Notes: generated by a model not told the origin, from the sequence alone. A DNA stretch of 64,000 nucleotides from Octopus sinensis (GCF_006345805.1 NC_043007.1:34968001-35032000); one strand, 5' to 3'. Shown: positions 1 through 12,617, counted from the stretch's first letter. Made by a program: numbers and translations.

Positions 1-145
1 CAGACGCGTCCACCAGATATATTCTTTCGCCATAGCCACAAGGATGATGAAAATAGCTCTTCCTTCCCCGTTTGAAGGAAGGAGGCGTGACGATATTGAC
101 GATAGACTCGGATGATAAACCGACTCGTCCCACAGGTGACAGCGC
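1..145 (-). mobile_element. Tx1/L1-clade LINE fragment (C-terminal zf-RVT-adjacent region)
   Basis: Close match to 16966-17110; minus strand reads LSPVGRVGLSSESIVNIVTPPSFK. Confidence 0.7.
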
Positions 146-350
146 AGACAATGGTATTCACAGCGGCGTCGCCCTTGTGTTTGCTCTCTCTTCCCCCAGC
201 TCCAAGCCTCAACAGGCTCATACAGCAAACCCATAAGTATTACCCCGAGACAGACCACAGCCCCGCGTTGCTCTGGGTGGGCCATTCCCCCTCGTCTCCC
301 TCCTCTGACACGCTGCTGAATACTTACCATTTTCGAAATAATAAATTATC

Positions 351-600
351 CTCTTTTGTTTCTTTTACTTGTTTCAGTCATTTGACTGCGGCCATGCTGG
401 AGCACCGCCTTTAGTCGAGCAAATCTACCACAGGACTTCTTCTTCTTGTAAGCCTAGTACTTAGTCTATCGGTCTCTTTTGCCGAACCGCTAAGTTACGG
501 GGACGTAAACACACCAGCATCGGTTGTCAAGCGATGTTGGAGGGGGAGGGGACAAACACAGGCACACAAACAATTACACACACATACATACATACATACA

Positions 601-668
<68 letters not shown>

Positions 669-1190
669 TGATTGATTGATTGATTCTAGTTTCAGCTTAT
701 GAGCTGTGGCCATGCTGGGGCACCGCCATTTGGTGTTGCTACTTGGTTTCACTTCATGGAGGCTTTCTAGCAACTGCTATTTGGTGCATGAGAGAGTTCG
801 ATGCAGCTGCCCTCATCTGCCCCTCCTGCCGTGAAGTTGGTTCATCTGGGACACCTGACAGGAAGAGATCCAGCTCCATTTTAAAGACATCTGTATCCAC
901 CCCATGCAGGTCTCTCAGGTTCTTCGGGAGGATATTGAAGAGCTGTGGGCCTCGGAAGCCCAGGCTATCACAGAATCTTGTCCTACATCTTGATGGCAAG
1001 TTTGGAGTCCTATATATATACATATATACGACGGATTTCTTTCAGTTTCCGTCTACCAAATCCACTCACAAGGCTTTGGTCGGCCCGAGGCTATAGTAGA
1101 AGATACTTGCCCAAGGTGCCACGCAGCGGTACTGAACCCAGAACCATGTGGCTGGTAAGCAAGCTACTTACCACACAGCCACTCGTACGC
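351..1190 (-). mobile_element. tRNA-derived SINE family A, split by a CR1 insertion in its central (TA)n
   Basis: Head with A/B-box-like TGGCTGTGTGG and GGTTCAGTACC at 1025-1190; CORE-like ACCTTGGGCAAGT; tail at 351-590; same layout as intact copies at 3470 and 28800. Confidence 0.8.
666..1011 (-). mobile_element. CR1-clade LINE, 5'-truncated 3' end with (ATCA)n tail
   Basis: ORF 754-1023 FRGPQLFNILP...FKMELDLFLSGVPDEP...SNSL is a CR1-type C-terminus; near-identical to 47197-47535. Confidence 0.85.
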
Positions 1191-1202
1191 CTATAAATAT
1201 TC

Positions 1203-1303
1203 GAAAGGTAAAGTCGACTACGATGGAATTTGAACTCAGAATGAAAATACACGAGATACCGCTAGCCATCTCGCCCGGCGCGGTAACGTTTCTGCCAACT
1301 CAC
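1203..1303 (-). mobile_element. SINE family B head fragment
   Basis: Reverse complement of the family B head with B box GAGTTCAAATTCC. Confidence 0.6.
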
Positions 1304-1327
1304 CATGTTATATAAATTTTATATGAA

Positions 1328-1358
<31 letters not shown>

Positions 1359-1371
1359 CTCTCTCTCTCTA

Positions 1372-1455
<84 letters not shown>

Positions 1456-1904
1456 AGATAGCTTTTGTTTCATTTGCTTTCATACACCAAACTCCATTTG
1501 TTTCATTTTCTTTCATACGCCAAACTCCATAGTACACACTTTACCCAATCCTGCCTTCCCTCACTCCACCAATTGCATCCCACTGTAACATTACCCTCAC
1601 GTCTTTTCCTACAGTTTTAAGCCAAACGATAAAAGTTTAAACCAAAATCCACCCCAGACGCAACCGCCACCACTACCATCACCACCACCACCACCACCAC
1701 CACTACCACTACCACCGCCACCAATTTGGAAGGACGTACAAAGGTCAACAGCACGACCTCACTGTGTCTGACCAAAGAATGTTTTAAAAATAACACGCCA
1801 TATTATTTATATAACTTCACTACACAGACCAAATTTTATTAAACGATTGCTTACGTTTTGTGAAAGAATTTATAATTTGTCATTTTATTTAAACGGTGTG
1901 TATA

Positions 1905-2395
<491 letters not shown>

Positions 2396-2539
2396 ATATT
2401 TCATTTAGTTTTATTTAATTATATGAAATTGTCTGTTGATAAATGATATTATCAACTACAGAAATAGATTTATCAATTTATTTTTCTAACTTGATTCATT
2501 TCATTTCATAGCCATGGCTGATATGGTATCGTTTCTAAT

Positions 2540-2710
2540 GTTGCTGGTGTTATTGTTGTTGTTGTTGTTGTTCTTATTCTTGACTTTTTTTCTTTTTTTT
2601 TTTTTGTTTTGCAGCTGCAGTTTAAATTTACTGTGTGCTTGTTTATTTACTTTGACGAGTGCAGTCGTCGTCGTCGTCATCATCATCAACCTCATCCTCA
2701 TCCTCCTGCA

Positions 2711-2744
<34 letters not shown>

Positions 2745-2810
2745 GTCATCATCACCACTGCCATACCACCATCACTACTAATACCACCACCACCAACACC
2801 ATCGCCACCA

Positions 2811-2846
<36 letters not shown>

Positions 2847-3037
2847 GCAATCATCATCGTCGTCGTCGTCGTCAACATCAGCAGCACCACCGCCACCTTC
2901 ATGACGTTAGTTCTGCTGCTTCTGCTGCTGCTGCTGATGATGATCATCATCATCATCATTAGCGTCATCATGAACATCACCATCACAACCATACTCTTCA
3001 TCATCATCGTTATCGTCATCATCATCATCGTCGTCGC

Positions 3038-3088
<51 letters not shown>

Positions 3089-3460
3089 TATCATCATCAT
3101 CATCATCACTATATTATCAATGACATTATTATGAGCAGCAGCATCACAATCATTATGAACACCAACTACATTATCAACACTACCATCATTATCGTCATCA
3201 TCGTTATTATCCTCCTTCTCCTCCTCCTCATCATCATCATCAACACCACCACCACCACCACCACCATCAACATCATCGTGATCTTCATCATCAACACCAT
3301 GAGGATTACCATCAGGTTCATCAGCTAAATATCTATAAGTATCATCACCATCATTATCGTCGCCTTTCGTCATCATCATCGTCGTCGTCGTCATAGTCGT
3401 CATCATCACCCCCATCACAACCATACACTTCATCATCGTCGTCGACATCATCACCATCAT
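2540..3460. repeat. Long compound trinucleotide low-complexity tract (CAT/CAC/CGT/CTA)
   Basis: Direct reading; generates spurious homopolymer ORFs on both strands. Confidence 0.9.
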
Positions 3461-3469
3461 CTCTTTCTC

Positions 3470-3896
3470 TCTTTTTTTACTCTCCTTTTACTCGTTTCAG
3501 TCATTTGACTGTGGCCATGCTGGAGCACCGCCTTTAGTTGAGCAAATCGACCGCAGGAATTATTCTTTGTAAGCCTAGTACTTATTCTATCGGTCTCTTT
3601 TTGCCGAACCGCTAAGTTACGGGGACGTAAACACACCAGCATCGGTTGTCAAGTGATGTTGGGGGACAAACACAGACACACAAACATATACACTCAGACA
3701 TATATATATATATATGTACATATATTAGACGGGCTTCTTTCAGTTTCCGTCTACCAGTCTACCAAATCCACTCACAAGGCTTTGGTCAGCCCGAGGCTAT
3801 AGTAGAAGACACTTACCCAAGGTACCACGCAGTGGGACTGAACCCGGAACCATGTGGTTGGTAAGTAAGCTACTTACCACACAGCCACTCCTACGC
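3470..3896 (-). mobile_element. SINE family A, full length
   Basis: tRNA-like head, CORE-like segment, central TA/CA repeat, CR1-like 3' stem-loop, (AAAGAGT)-type tail. Confidence 0.85.
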
Positions 3897-4023
3897 ATCA
3901 TCTTTATTATCATCATTTTATTCCTCGATATTATTGCTACCGTAGCTCTTAAATCGACATTTCTGATTGTCATGGAACACAAGATATATTCTTTCGTTTC
4001 GCATTCGATGTTAAGAGAAAATA

Positions 4024-4320
4024 TTGTTTGTTTGTTTCTTCTCGAGCCATGCCTGGCTCATAAGGGCCGGTTTCCCGGTTTCTTGGCGTATAGGTTCAGT
4101 ACCTGGACGGGGCGCCGGTCCGTCGCAGGTGAGCTGCAAGATGCAGGAGGAAAGAGTGAGAGAAAGTTGTGGCGAAAGAGTCAGCAGAAGTTCGATATTA
4201 CCTTCTGCCGGAGCCGCGTGGAGTTTAGGTGTTTCACTCATAAACACACACATCGCCCGGTCTGAAATTCGAACCCGCTATCCCTCGACCGCGAGTCCGC
4301 TACTCTAACCACTAGGCATA
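4024..4320 (-). mobile_element. SINE family C, 3' variant i
   Basis: tRNA-like head; body CTGCGACGGACCGGCG..CCGTCCAGG; tail GGCTCGAGAAGAAACAAAC; homologous to 60632-60917. Confidence 0.8.
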
Positions 4321-4499
4321 TAGCAGTTAGTAAAAAAAAAAAAAAATGCATGTGATACGATCTGATTTATTTTGGTTGCCCTTTTGTTAGTTTACTAATT
4401 TTTCTTAAAGACGCTTTTGATAAATTTTAATTTCAGATAATCTATATGTACATAAAAAATCACATTATTTGACACCAGATAACAATGATTCAGAGCGCT

Positions 4500-4835
4500 A
4501 ATGACAAACAGGACTTAGGAGTAATCATGTCAAACGATGCATGTTTCACCAACCACATCACCAAATTGACCTCTAAATGCAGACATCTCATGGGATTGGT
4601 CCTACGAACCTTCGTAACAAGGGAACCGCTAGTTGTGCTGACTCTATAGAAAACCTTAGTTCTGGGCAGACTAGATTACTGCTCACTGCTTCGGTCTCCA
4701 AACACATCCGCTCTCATATAAAGGATTAAAAAGTTACAAAGAAGGTTCACCAATAAAATAACTTCGGTTAAAAGCTTTAACTACTGGAAACGTCTGCAAG
4801 TTGTGCATGTCAACTCTCTTGAACGCCAAAAGGGT
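4500..4835 (+). pseudogene. Decayed CR1-type RT C-terminal fragment
   Basis: DLGVIMSNDACFTNHITKLTSKC...LVLRTF...KTLVLGRLDYCS...LQRRFT with in-frame stops. Confidence 0.7.
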
Positions 4836-5060
4836 ATATTACGAACATCGGCGTTAGAGAGTATTTTAATGCAAGAACTGGTAGACAATGTCAGCTTCCA
4901 CATATACCAACTTCAAAATCACCAGCAAAAACATTCTTTTTACCAGCCTGATATTTAGAGGCCCTCAAGAAATAAGAATTGAATGAATTATCAGCAATTA
5001 AAGTGTGTATATATTTTTTAGACACCCTGCATATATATATATATATATATTTATACATAT

Positions 5061-5626
5061 AATTAAATAAGCATATAAATTGATATTAATCAATTAAAAC
5101 CAGTGGCTTAGCATATTTTTTTTTAATTCAAAGATTAAAAATTGTTTTACATACAAAATTTAGAGGACTGACCATTAAAAGTGGACAGCCTATATGCTAA
5201 ACATAGACGTCAAATCGCCATTTACCACGAAGAATGTGTTCTCAAGAAAATTTCAGAAAAAAAACAAAGTGTAAAAATATGCAAGACACATGAAAATTAC
5301 CAATTAGTTTCACTTGTTAATATTTACGTATATGGACACGCAAACATCTGCAAGATCATCAGCATAGTCTGTCGTTTACAAAACGCAATTTCCAGAACTA
5401 GATACAGAACGCTCAACCGAAACCCAGCATGTATAAAGTTCTACAAATTATATTTAGGTGTATCTTTCAAATGCCTTTACTTTGGCGCGCTGAGATCGGA
5501 AACTACTCTGCAGTTAATAAACTACAGCAGTCAATTTACCGGTTAGAGAACATTTTTTGATTTAAAATTAAATAAGGGTAGAAATTGATATTAATCAATT
5601 AAAACCAGTGGCTTAGCATATTTTTT
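5061..5626. repeat. About 60-bp direct repeat, period 505 bp
   Basis: AAATTGATATTAATCAATTAAAACCAGTGGCTTAGCATATTTTT within repeats at about 5061-5121 and 5566-5626. Confidence 0.75.
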
Positions 5627-5929
5627 AAAATCCCAAGATTGTAATAGGCTTACAAAGAATAAGTCCAGGGGTCGATTTGCTCGACTAAAGGCGGTGCTCC
5701 AGCATGGTCACAGTCAAATGACTGAAACAAGTAAAGAGTAAAGAGCCAAGCAAGTAAATTCCAAAGTAACGCAATGTTGCAAGGAACAGGACTTTTGTGG
5801 AGAGAAGAATCACGTAATTCATTTCTTCCTCGTATCTATAACAACATAATAAAATTTACGTGACAAAACACGTCATCTAAATTTGTCATTTGTAACATTC
5901 ACTTCTTAGAATGCGTGTGAAAACACTCA

Positions 5930-6620
5930 GGGAGAATTAGTGCTAAATTGAATAAACTTATTCCGAACTCGAATGCTCACGTGCGAATTTGAATGCTCGA
6001 AAAGACGCTTCCTCACGTTCCGACTAATTTGAATGCTCTCGACGGGCGTTTTAATTTGATTGATGTAAATGCTAAATTCTTTGACCGAAGTGCGAAACTG
6101 AATGATCGAAGAATGAATTTGGATGACTAACATCATGGTGCTAATTTTTTTCGCGACCTTGAATGACCCGATAATCAAATTGAAGGACAAACGTAGGAAA
6201 TGACAAACTGCAATAGCCTATAGTATTAGTGAATGCCCTTCGGCCCTGCACAGACGAAAGATGCTTATGTAGAGTTAACAGTAAGTGCCAGTGAATAGTC
6301 AACGCAGCACAGAGGTTATGGTCTATGAAGCAGAGGGTAAGTCGTCCAACAACAATAATGACAACGGTGGAACGCACGCTCATAAATATGTTATGGCAAC
6401 AAAGGTCACCTTTAAGTTCAGGCTTAATAATCCCAGATCCTCTTAGAATCCTTGAGAGGCGCAATTTTATAACGTTAGCCAGTTATATATGGCTATTAAA
6501 AAAATGAAGAAACGCTGTACAAAATCGACTGGAAACTGCTGGAACGACCTGAGCCATATCTGAATGGAAGTATATGCTGCAAGCTCTGCATGACAAGCAT
6601 GTACGAACTTAAACCTGACA
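5930..6620 (+). pseudogene. Decayed Penelope-like element GIY-YIG endonuclease region
   Basis: VMVYEAEG...KYVMATKVTFKFRLNNPRSS and LASYIWLLKK/EETLYKIDWKLLERPEPYLNGSICCKLC; parallels the PLE at 52190-53560. Confidence 0.65.
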
Positions 6621-6725
6621 TCTTACGGCCACAGCTGAAAGATGTCAGCTCATTGGAGGCAGCTCTTCTTTTCCTCCTGGAAAATGTTACCACACTTTTG
6701 TTCTGGTCACAAGGATTCTACCTAC

Positions 6726-6812
<87 letters not shown>

Positions 6813-6869
6813 ACTGTAGATCGTTAGCCACTACACACATTTTTTTCTCTCCTTGTTTTTTCTGTGTCC

Positions 6870-6905
6870 CTTTCTGTAGAAGAGCGTAGGCTCGAAACGT
6901 AAAAG
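6870..6905 (+). ncRNA. Minimal PLE-type hammerhead ribozyme motif with non-canonical U6
   Basis: cttt CUGUAGA a GAGC-gtag-GCUC GAAA C GU A aaag; lies just downstream of the GIY-YIG fragment. Confidence 0.55.
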
Positions 6906-7294
6906 ACTTCTTCAATTCCTGAGCGTTATACTAATACATCTGTTTGTTTTCTACACCACCTGTCTTCGTCTTTTGTTTTTTTCGTGAACTCTCCCTGTAT
7001 ATATGTCTTGGGTCGATTTGCGCGACTAAAGGCGGTACTCCAGCATGGTCGCAGTCAAATGACTGAAACAAGTGAAAAGAGTAAAGAGTAATGCGCTAGA
7101 AATAGCAGCCAAATCTGCCTCAGTCTTAAATAAAAAAAAATATATACTCTGGACAATGCTAGTCCATGATAAAGAAAGAAATTGAATAGTCAAATTAGGA
7201 AAACTTTTGATAATATCTCAATTTAATTGAAAGTGACAGAGATTGAAACAGCATTTAGTGTAAGTAATTGGTTAGTTCACATTAATATATAAGC

Positions 7295-7515
7295 CCCATA
7301 GGCCCAGTTTCTTGGTTTCTCTGGCATTTATATTCCTTCCAGGATGGGATGCGGGTCTGTTACAGAATTACTCGTATTTACCAGCTGAGTGGATTGGAGT
7401 AATGTGAAATAATGCATTTTGCTCAAGAACAAAATGCATTGCCTGGTCCAGGAACTGAAACCACAACCTTAGAATCATGAGCCCAGCACTCTAACCACTA
7501 AACCATGCACCTCCA
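7295..7515 (-). mobile_element. tRNA-derived SINE with CORE-like body
   Basis: Homologous to 9965-10221 and 26728-26975. Confidence 0.7.
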
Positions 7516-7736
7516 TGTTATAAGTAATTGCTGGACTGTAATTTGAAACTAAGGACTGCCAATTTTTTTTTTAGACTTAGTCAGGGAAAGAAAAGGAATG
7601 TCATTAACCATTTTTATATTTTTAGGGCATCACAGGTCAGTTGGAGGGAGAGATGCAGTTGTTCTCTAACTTATCAAAATGCTTGTAAAAGAATGGACTC
7701 TGCTGAAGGTTCTCAATGACCAGGTTATGCTGTTAA

Positions 7737-8413
7737 CCCTTTACCCATCCAAAGCAGTCTCATAAGTTTTTCCTGAATGTCCATGCTTGTTTTCAGACTT
7801 TTAGTGGTTCCTTGTTTCATATTTCGTTTTTGGATTTGTTTTGCAAGATTCTTTATATGAGTTCGTGTGTTGAAGCATATTCTATTGTGTCTGGGGAGAG
7901 TCGTTTTCTTTTTGTGCCTTATTATGTAACACACTCACCGGTAAAATTTCTATGTTTTTCTTATTTTTATTGTCCTAAAATTTTCATTGTGTCTTGTCAC
8001 ATTTTCAATATTTTTGAGTCTTAAAAATAAGAAAAACATGGAAATTTTACTGGTGAGTGTGTTACATAATAAGGCACAAAAAGAAAATGACTCTCCCCAG
8101 ACACAATAGAACTTGTTCTGAATAATATAATGCTTTTCTTTTCATAAGTCCCGAGTTATTCTGGTGGTGGAAAAAAATTAGGAATGTATATCATATATGA
8201 TATATGGATACCAGGGGAATATGCAAGGCTGTCTTTAAAGCATTATAGGCCCCCAATCAAAACAATGCACTGAGTCCTATAGTATTTATCTACTGACACT
8301 AAACCACAGTATACATATATCAGAATTGCAGAATTGGGCCCTTGAACATGTGAAGCTTCTCAGCAACTGGCCCAGTCTATCCATGCCTTAAGATAGCATG
8401 GGCAGGCAAAGGG
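7737..8413. mobile_element. piggyBac-like non-autonomous element
   Basis: TTAA at 7733-7736 and 8414-8417; CCCTTT/AAAGGG termini; about 15-bp TIR differing only by transitions; internal 90-bp inverted repeat. Confidence 0.6.
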
Positions 8414-8613
8414 TTAAATCAGGAACAATATTAAGTCTGTCTGTTCCTGACAACTAAATGAACTGTCTGATTGACTGTGATATGAGGCCTCACATTAACA
8501 ATTTGACACGGCAATTAGTTCAACTAATTGGTGGAATATTATCCAAGTGTGGATAATATCAATGTAGTAATGTTCAACCGTAGACTGTGATCCACCAATC
8601 AGTACATCAATCT

Positions 8614-9073
8614 GTTAGGAACAGGTAACAAATCAGTTTTGAAATGTTGGTTCACCAACCTATCAAGTTCAAGTACAAGTACTATATTTGATGGTATAAA
8701 AGATGAATGGTCATATTCAGGAAAAAATCCTTTTGTTGCATAATATTATCAAGTTTTGTAATTTGATAATCTTGATATGGTACCATACTTGACAGCATAT
8801 ATAAGAGTATTCTTTTTCCATAAAAGAAATGTTTCAAAAAATTACCACAGTTGGACCTATTTTACATGCAAAGTTAGGCCTATTTTACTTGTTTTATGCA
8901 ATAAAAGATTTTTTTCCTGAACATGACCATTCATCTTTTATGCCATCAAATATGGTACTTGTACTTGATAGCTTGGTGAACCAACAGATGAATTGATAGC
9001 TTGGTGAACCAAAAGATGAGCTGATAGCTTGGTGAACCAGCATTTCAAAACTGATCTGTTACTTGTTCCTGAC
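8614..9073. repeat. Foldback inverted repeat (130-bp arm, 150-bp spacer); right arm holds 3 x 28-bp tandem unit
   Basis: 8614-8743 is the reverse complement of 8894-9073; TGATAGCTTGGTGAACCA at 8966, 8994 and 9022. Confidence 0.8.
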
Positions 9074-9089
9074 CAATTGAAGAACAGAA

Positions 9090-9305
9090 GGCGGTGAGCT
9101 GGCAGAAACGTTAATATGCTGGGCAAAATGCTTCGCTACATTCTGAGTTCAAATTCCACCAAGGTAGACTTTGCCTTTCATCCTTTCAGGGTCAATAAAT
9201 TAAGTACCAGTTGCATGCTGTGATCGATGTAATCAACTTAATCCGTTTGTCTGTCCCTGTTTGTCCCCTCTATGTTTAGCCCCTTGTGGGCAATAAAGAA
9301 ATAAG
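9090..9305 (+). mobile_element. SINE family B monomer (tail B1)
   Basis: B box GAGTTCAAATTCC; central GACTTTGCCTTTCATCCTTTC...ATAAATTAAGTACCAG resembles the Deu/Nin SINE domain (from memory). Confidence 0.8.
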
Positions 9306-9964
9306 ATTAATGAACTGGTTGGTGGACTGCACATTGATCTGGGTGTCTATTTACCTAACCATGACAGAACCGAAGAAGTACCAATGGAATACTTGACTTA
9401 CCAGACATAGCTTCCAAAATCTTCCACTGTCATTTTAAATAAAGCAAGTTACATCGGATAATGCAGTTCCTGATATAGATATAGAAAAATGATTTGATGA
9501 TGATGGTCAATCAAAGGTCTGGTGAATCAGGGATGACCCAAGGTTAAACAGAAATACATAGGATGATCAAACAGTATTATTATCAAGGGGAACTAGCTAG
9601 TGGATACTAGTGTGTATTTTAATGTTGCCAATTTGATGTTTGGTACTTGATCCTGACAGCTAGCTAAACCGACTTATGGAATGCAGCATAAAGCTGAACT
9701 TTACCATATTGCTTGAGTACCTATGGCTGATAACCGGATAAATTGATTGGTGGATTTTGTGATCTAAAGCTTGGCATTTCTAAGTTGATTTTTAACCTAT
9801 GAACTCACTAATGGACAATGGTAGTCTGTGATAGAACTGTATCTCATTCATCTGATATCTCTTTCTGCTGGTTTGCTGAAATGAATGGTAGACTTGTGAG
9901 AATTAACTTCACAAGATTGATCTGGTAACCTTTTTCTAATTGATAGATAGTTAGACAGATAGAT

Positions 9965-10221
9965 GTGGAGGCACGTGGCTTAGTGGTTAGGGTGTCAGCA
10001 CCATGATCGTTAGATTGTAGTTTCAATTTCTGGACCGGGCGACACGTGTTCTTAAGCAAAATACTTCATTTCACGTTGCTCCAGTCCACTCAGCTGGTAA
10101 AAATGAGTAACGCTGCAATGGACTTGCGTCCCGTCCAGCTGGGGAACACATACGCCATAGAAACCGGGAAACCGGGCCCATGAGCCTGGCTAGGCTCTAA
10201 AAGGGGGCATTTATTTATTTT
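9965..10221 (+). mobile_element. tRNA-derived SINE (CORE-like plus V/Meta-like body)
   Basis: Head GGAGGCACGTGGCTTAGTGG; body CTGCAATGGACTTGCGTCCCGTCCAG; tail shared with 54172-54479. Confidence 0.8.
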
Positions 10222-10225
10222 AGAC

Positions 10226-10289
<64 letters not shown>

Positions 10290-10290
10290 T

Positions 10291-10363
<73 letters not shown>

Positions 10364-10687
10364 GCAGACAAACAGGCAGATAGATAGACAGACAGACAAA
10401 CAGATAGATAATAAATAGATAGACAGATAGATAGATAAACTGACTGGTAGTCTGTAGTTGAACATTATATCAAACTGGACCCTTCCCTGGTATCTATATA
10501 AACTGTATATTCAACTGGCACCTTTGGCAAGTGTCTTCTACTATAGTTAGAGGTTTCCCCATGCCTTATGAGTGAATCTGGTATAAAGAAATTGTGTGAA
10601 AGCCCATTATGTATGTGTGTGTGCATATATATACATATGTGTGTGTGTGTGTATATATATAATGTAAATACATACACACACACACAC

Positions 10688-10746
<59 letters not shown>

Positions 10747-10914
10747 GAATTAGAGATAAAATATAAATATATATTTAAAATTTAAAATTTTATATTTTAT
10801 TTATTTTGTATATTATATTAATTATATTTATTTTTATGTTTTGGTTTATGTCTTTCACTGTTGATTTGCCTAATAGTGGTTTTATCTCTAATTTAATTTA
10901 TATTTATAGTGTAA

Positions 10915-10997
10915 AATTTGATTTAATCCTAAATCTACTTTTTCTCAGTAAGTTTGGATATACTCCCTAATATTATTATATTATTATTATTATTATA

Positions 10998-11031
<34 letters not shown>

Positions 11032-11087
11032 TTAGGGAGTATATCCAAACTTACTGGGAAAAAGTAGATTTAGGATTAAATCAAATT
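10915..11087. repeat. 173-bp near-perfect palindrome
   Basis: About 65-bp unique arms with one mismatch around a self-complementary TTA/TA/TAA centre; arm sequence related to 19095-19165 and 50605-50680. Confidence 0.85.
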
Positions 11088-11114
11088 ATATATATATACA
11101 CACACACATATAGA

Positions 11115-12105
11115 TAGATATTCTATCAATTCAAGGGGCATTTTCATTGTGTTTTTTCTTCTGCCCAAATTTTATTCCCAAATCCCTGCACTTCTTCTTT
11201 TGATGGGACAGACTTTACAGTAACTGGTGTTTTCCCTATCTTCCTGTAAAAATTTTTGGGGTGATTTTTGAACATGTTGTTGTCCTTGAAGAATCTAACA
11301 TGCTTTTCACACCTTGCTATGTGGGCAGCTTTAGCACATACCTTTTGCTTGATGGTTTCTATGGTGGCATCAATATCAAGTATGGTTTTCATATTATATT
11401 TTTTTCTTTAATTTTCAGGTTTTGTAGGTTTGGTAGTCTTGTCAAACTTAAGGATTTTCATACATTCAATCTCAGACCTAAGTAGTTTAATTGACACGCT
11501 CTTGCCAAGAAGGCTTTTTGTAGGAATGTTGCCATTTTCTAATCTTTTCACCACATAGAAACGTTGAGATTTTCACAGATGCATAGTACAGGTGGTTGAG
11601 ATCTGTGAAATCAACATCATTAGTTGAAATTATATCCTTTAGTGCAAGGCGGATTTTACCAATAATTTTCAGGTTCTGGTTAGAATTGTGGATTTTTGGG
11701 AGAGTATCGCATTCATCCATCCTGGTTTCTTTAATTTTCAGCCATTCAATCATGATTTTATTTTTTAGATCATGTAGTTCTGTTGGGTCAATATTTGTGT
11801 GACTTTCTACATCTATTTAATTTTCATCTGCCTTAGTGTTTATGGTTGGTTCAGGGAGTATTTCCCTTTGCCTATCAATTACATTAACTCTTTCAATCAT
11901 TACTGCGTTTTCATCAGCCCTGAACTGGTCTATAATTATTTCCTCTGTAGGATCTTCTTTAGCTACAGTTTTGTTCTTTTTATCCTTTACTGCTTGTTTA
12001 ATTTGGTCAATCTCTACTTCATTCAGAAATTCTTTTTTCATAATGTTTCTTCTGACGTTAACAAATTTGTTACTGTCTATGTAAGGTTTTACTTCAGTAT
12101 TATTA
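11115..12105 (-). pseudogene. R4/Dong LINE N-terminal fragment (family C)
   Basis: ORFs NKFVNVRRNIM, DLNHLYYAS, FKNHPKNFYRKIGK; homologous to 39960-40325 and 57884-58450. Confidence 0.75.
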
Positions 12106-12154
12106 TCATTATTGTTGTTGTTGTTGTTGTTGTTATTATTATTATTATTATTAA

Positions 12155-12617
12155 GGCAGCAAGCTGGCTGAATAGTTACCATGCCAGGCAAAATGCTTAG
12201 CAACATTTTGTATGCCATTACATTTTGAGTTCAAGTTCAGCTGAAGTCAACTTTGCCTTTCATCCTTTTGCGGTTGATAAATTAAGTACTAGTGAAACAC
12301 TAGGATCGATGTAATTGACTAGTCCTGCCCCCCCCCCCCAATTTTCTGCCCTTGTGCCTTGAGTAGAAAAGATTATTACGATTATGATTATCATTATCAT
12401 TACCAAGGTGGCAAGCTAGGAGATGCATTTGCAGCAAGGCAAGATGTTTAGTGGTGTTTCATCTGCATTTACATTCTGAGTTCAAATTCTGCCAAGGTCG
12501 ACTTTACCTTTCATCCTTTCAGGGTCAATAAAATAAATACTAGTTGTGCACTGGGATCAATGTAATCAACTTACTCCTTCTTCCAAAATTGCTAGCCTTG
12601 TGCCAAAATTTGAAACC
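12155..12617 (+). mobile_element. Two adjacent SINE family B copies with alternative tail B2
   Basis: Family B head and domain followed by CCTTGTGCC...AAACC and (ATT)n; copies at about 12155-12372 and 12405-12617. Confidence 0.7.

Noticed and set aside
2501-3460. 319-aa and 206-aa ORFs with poly-M/D/I/H runs
   Set aside because: Translations of trinucleotide microsatellites; open on both strands simply because the repeats lack stops.
5345-5375. Minus-strand DYADDLA resembling an RT active site
   Set aside because: No flanking RT domains recognisable and stops nearby; unsupported without an HMM search.
7880-8111. All three arm mismatches are G-U compatible on the plus strand, suggesting RNA-level selection
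   Set aside because: All are C>T changes, two at CpG; three of three has a one-in-eight chance probability.
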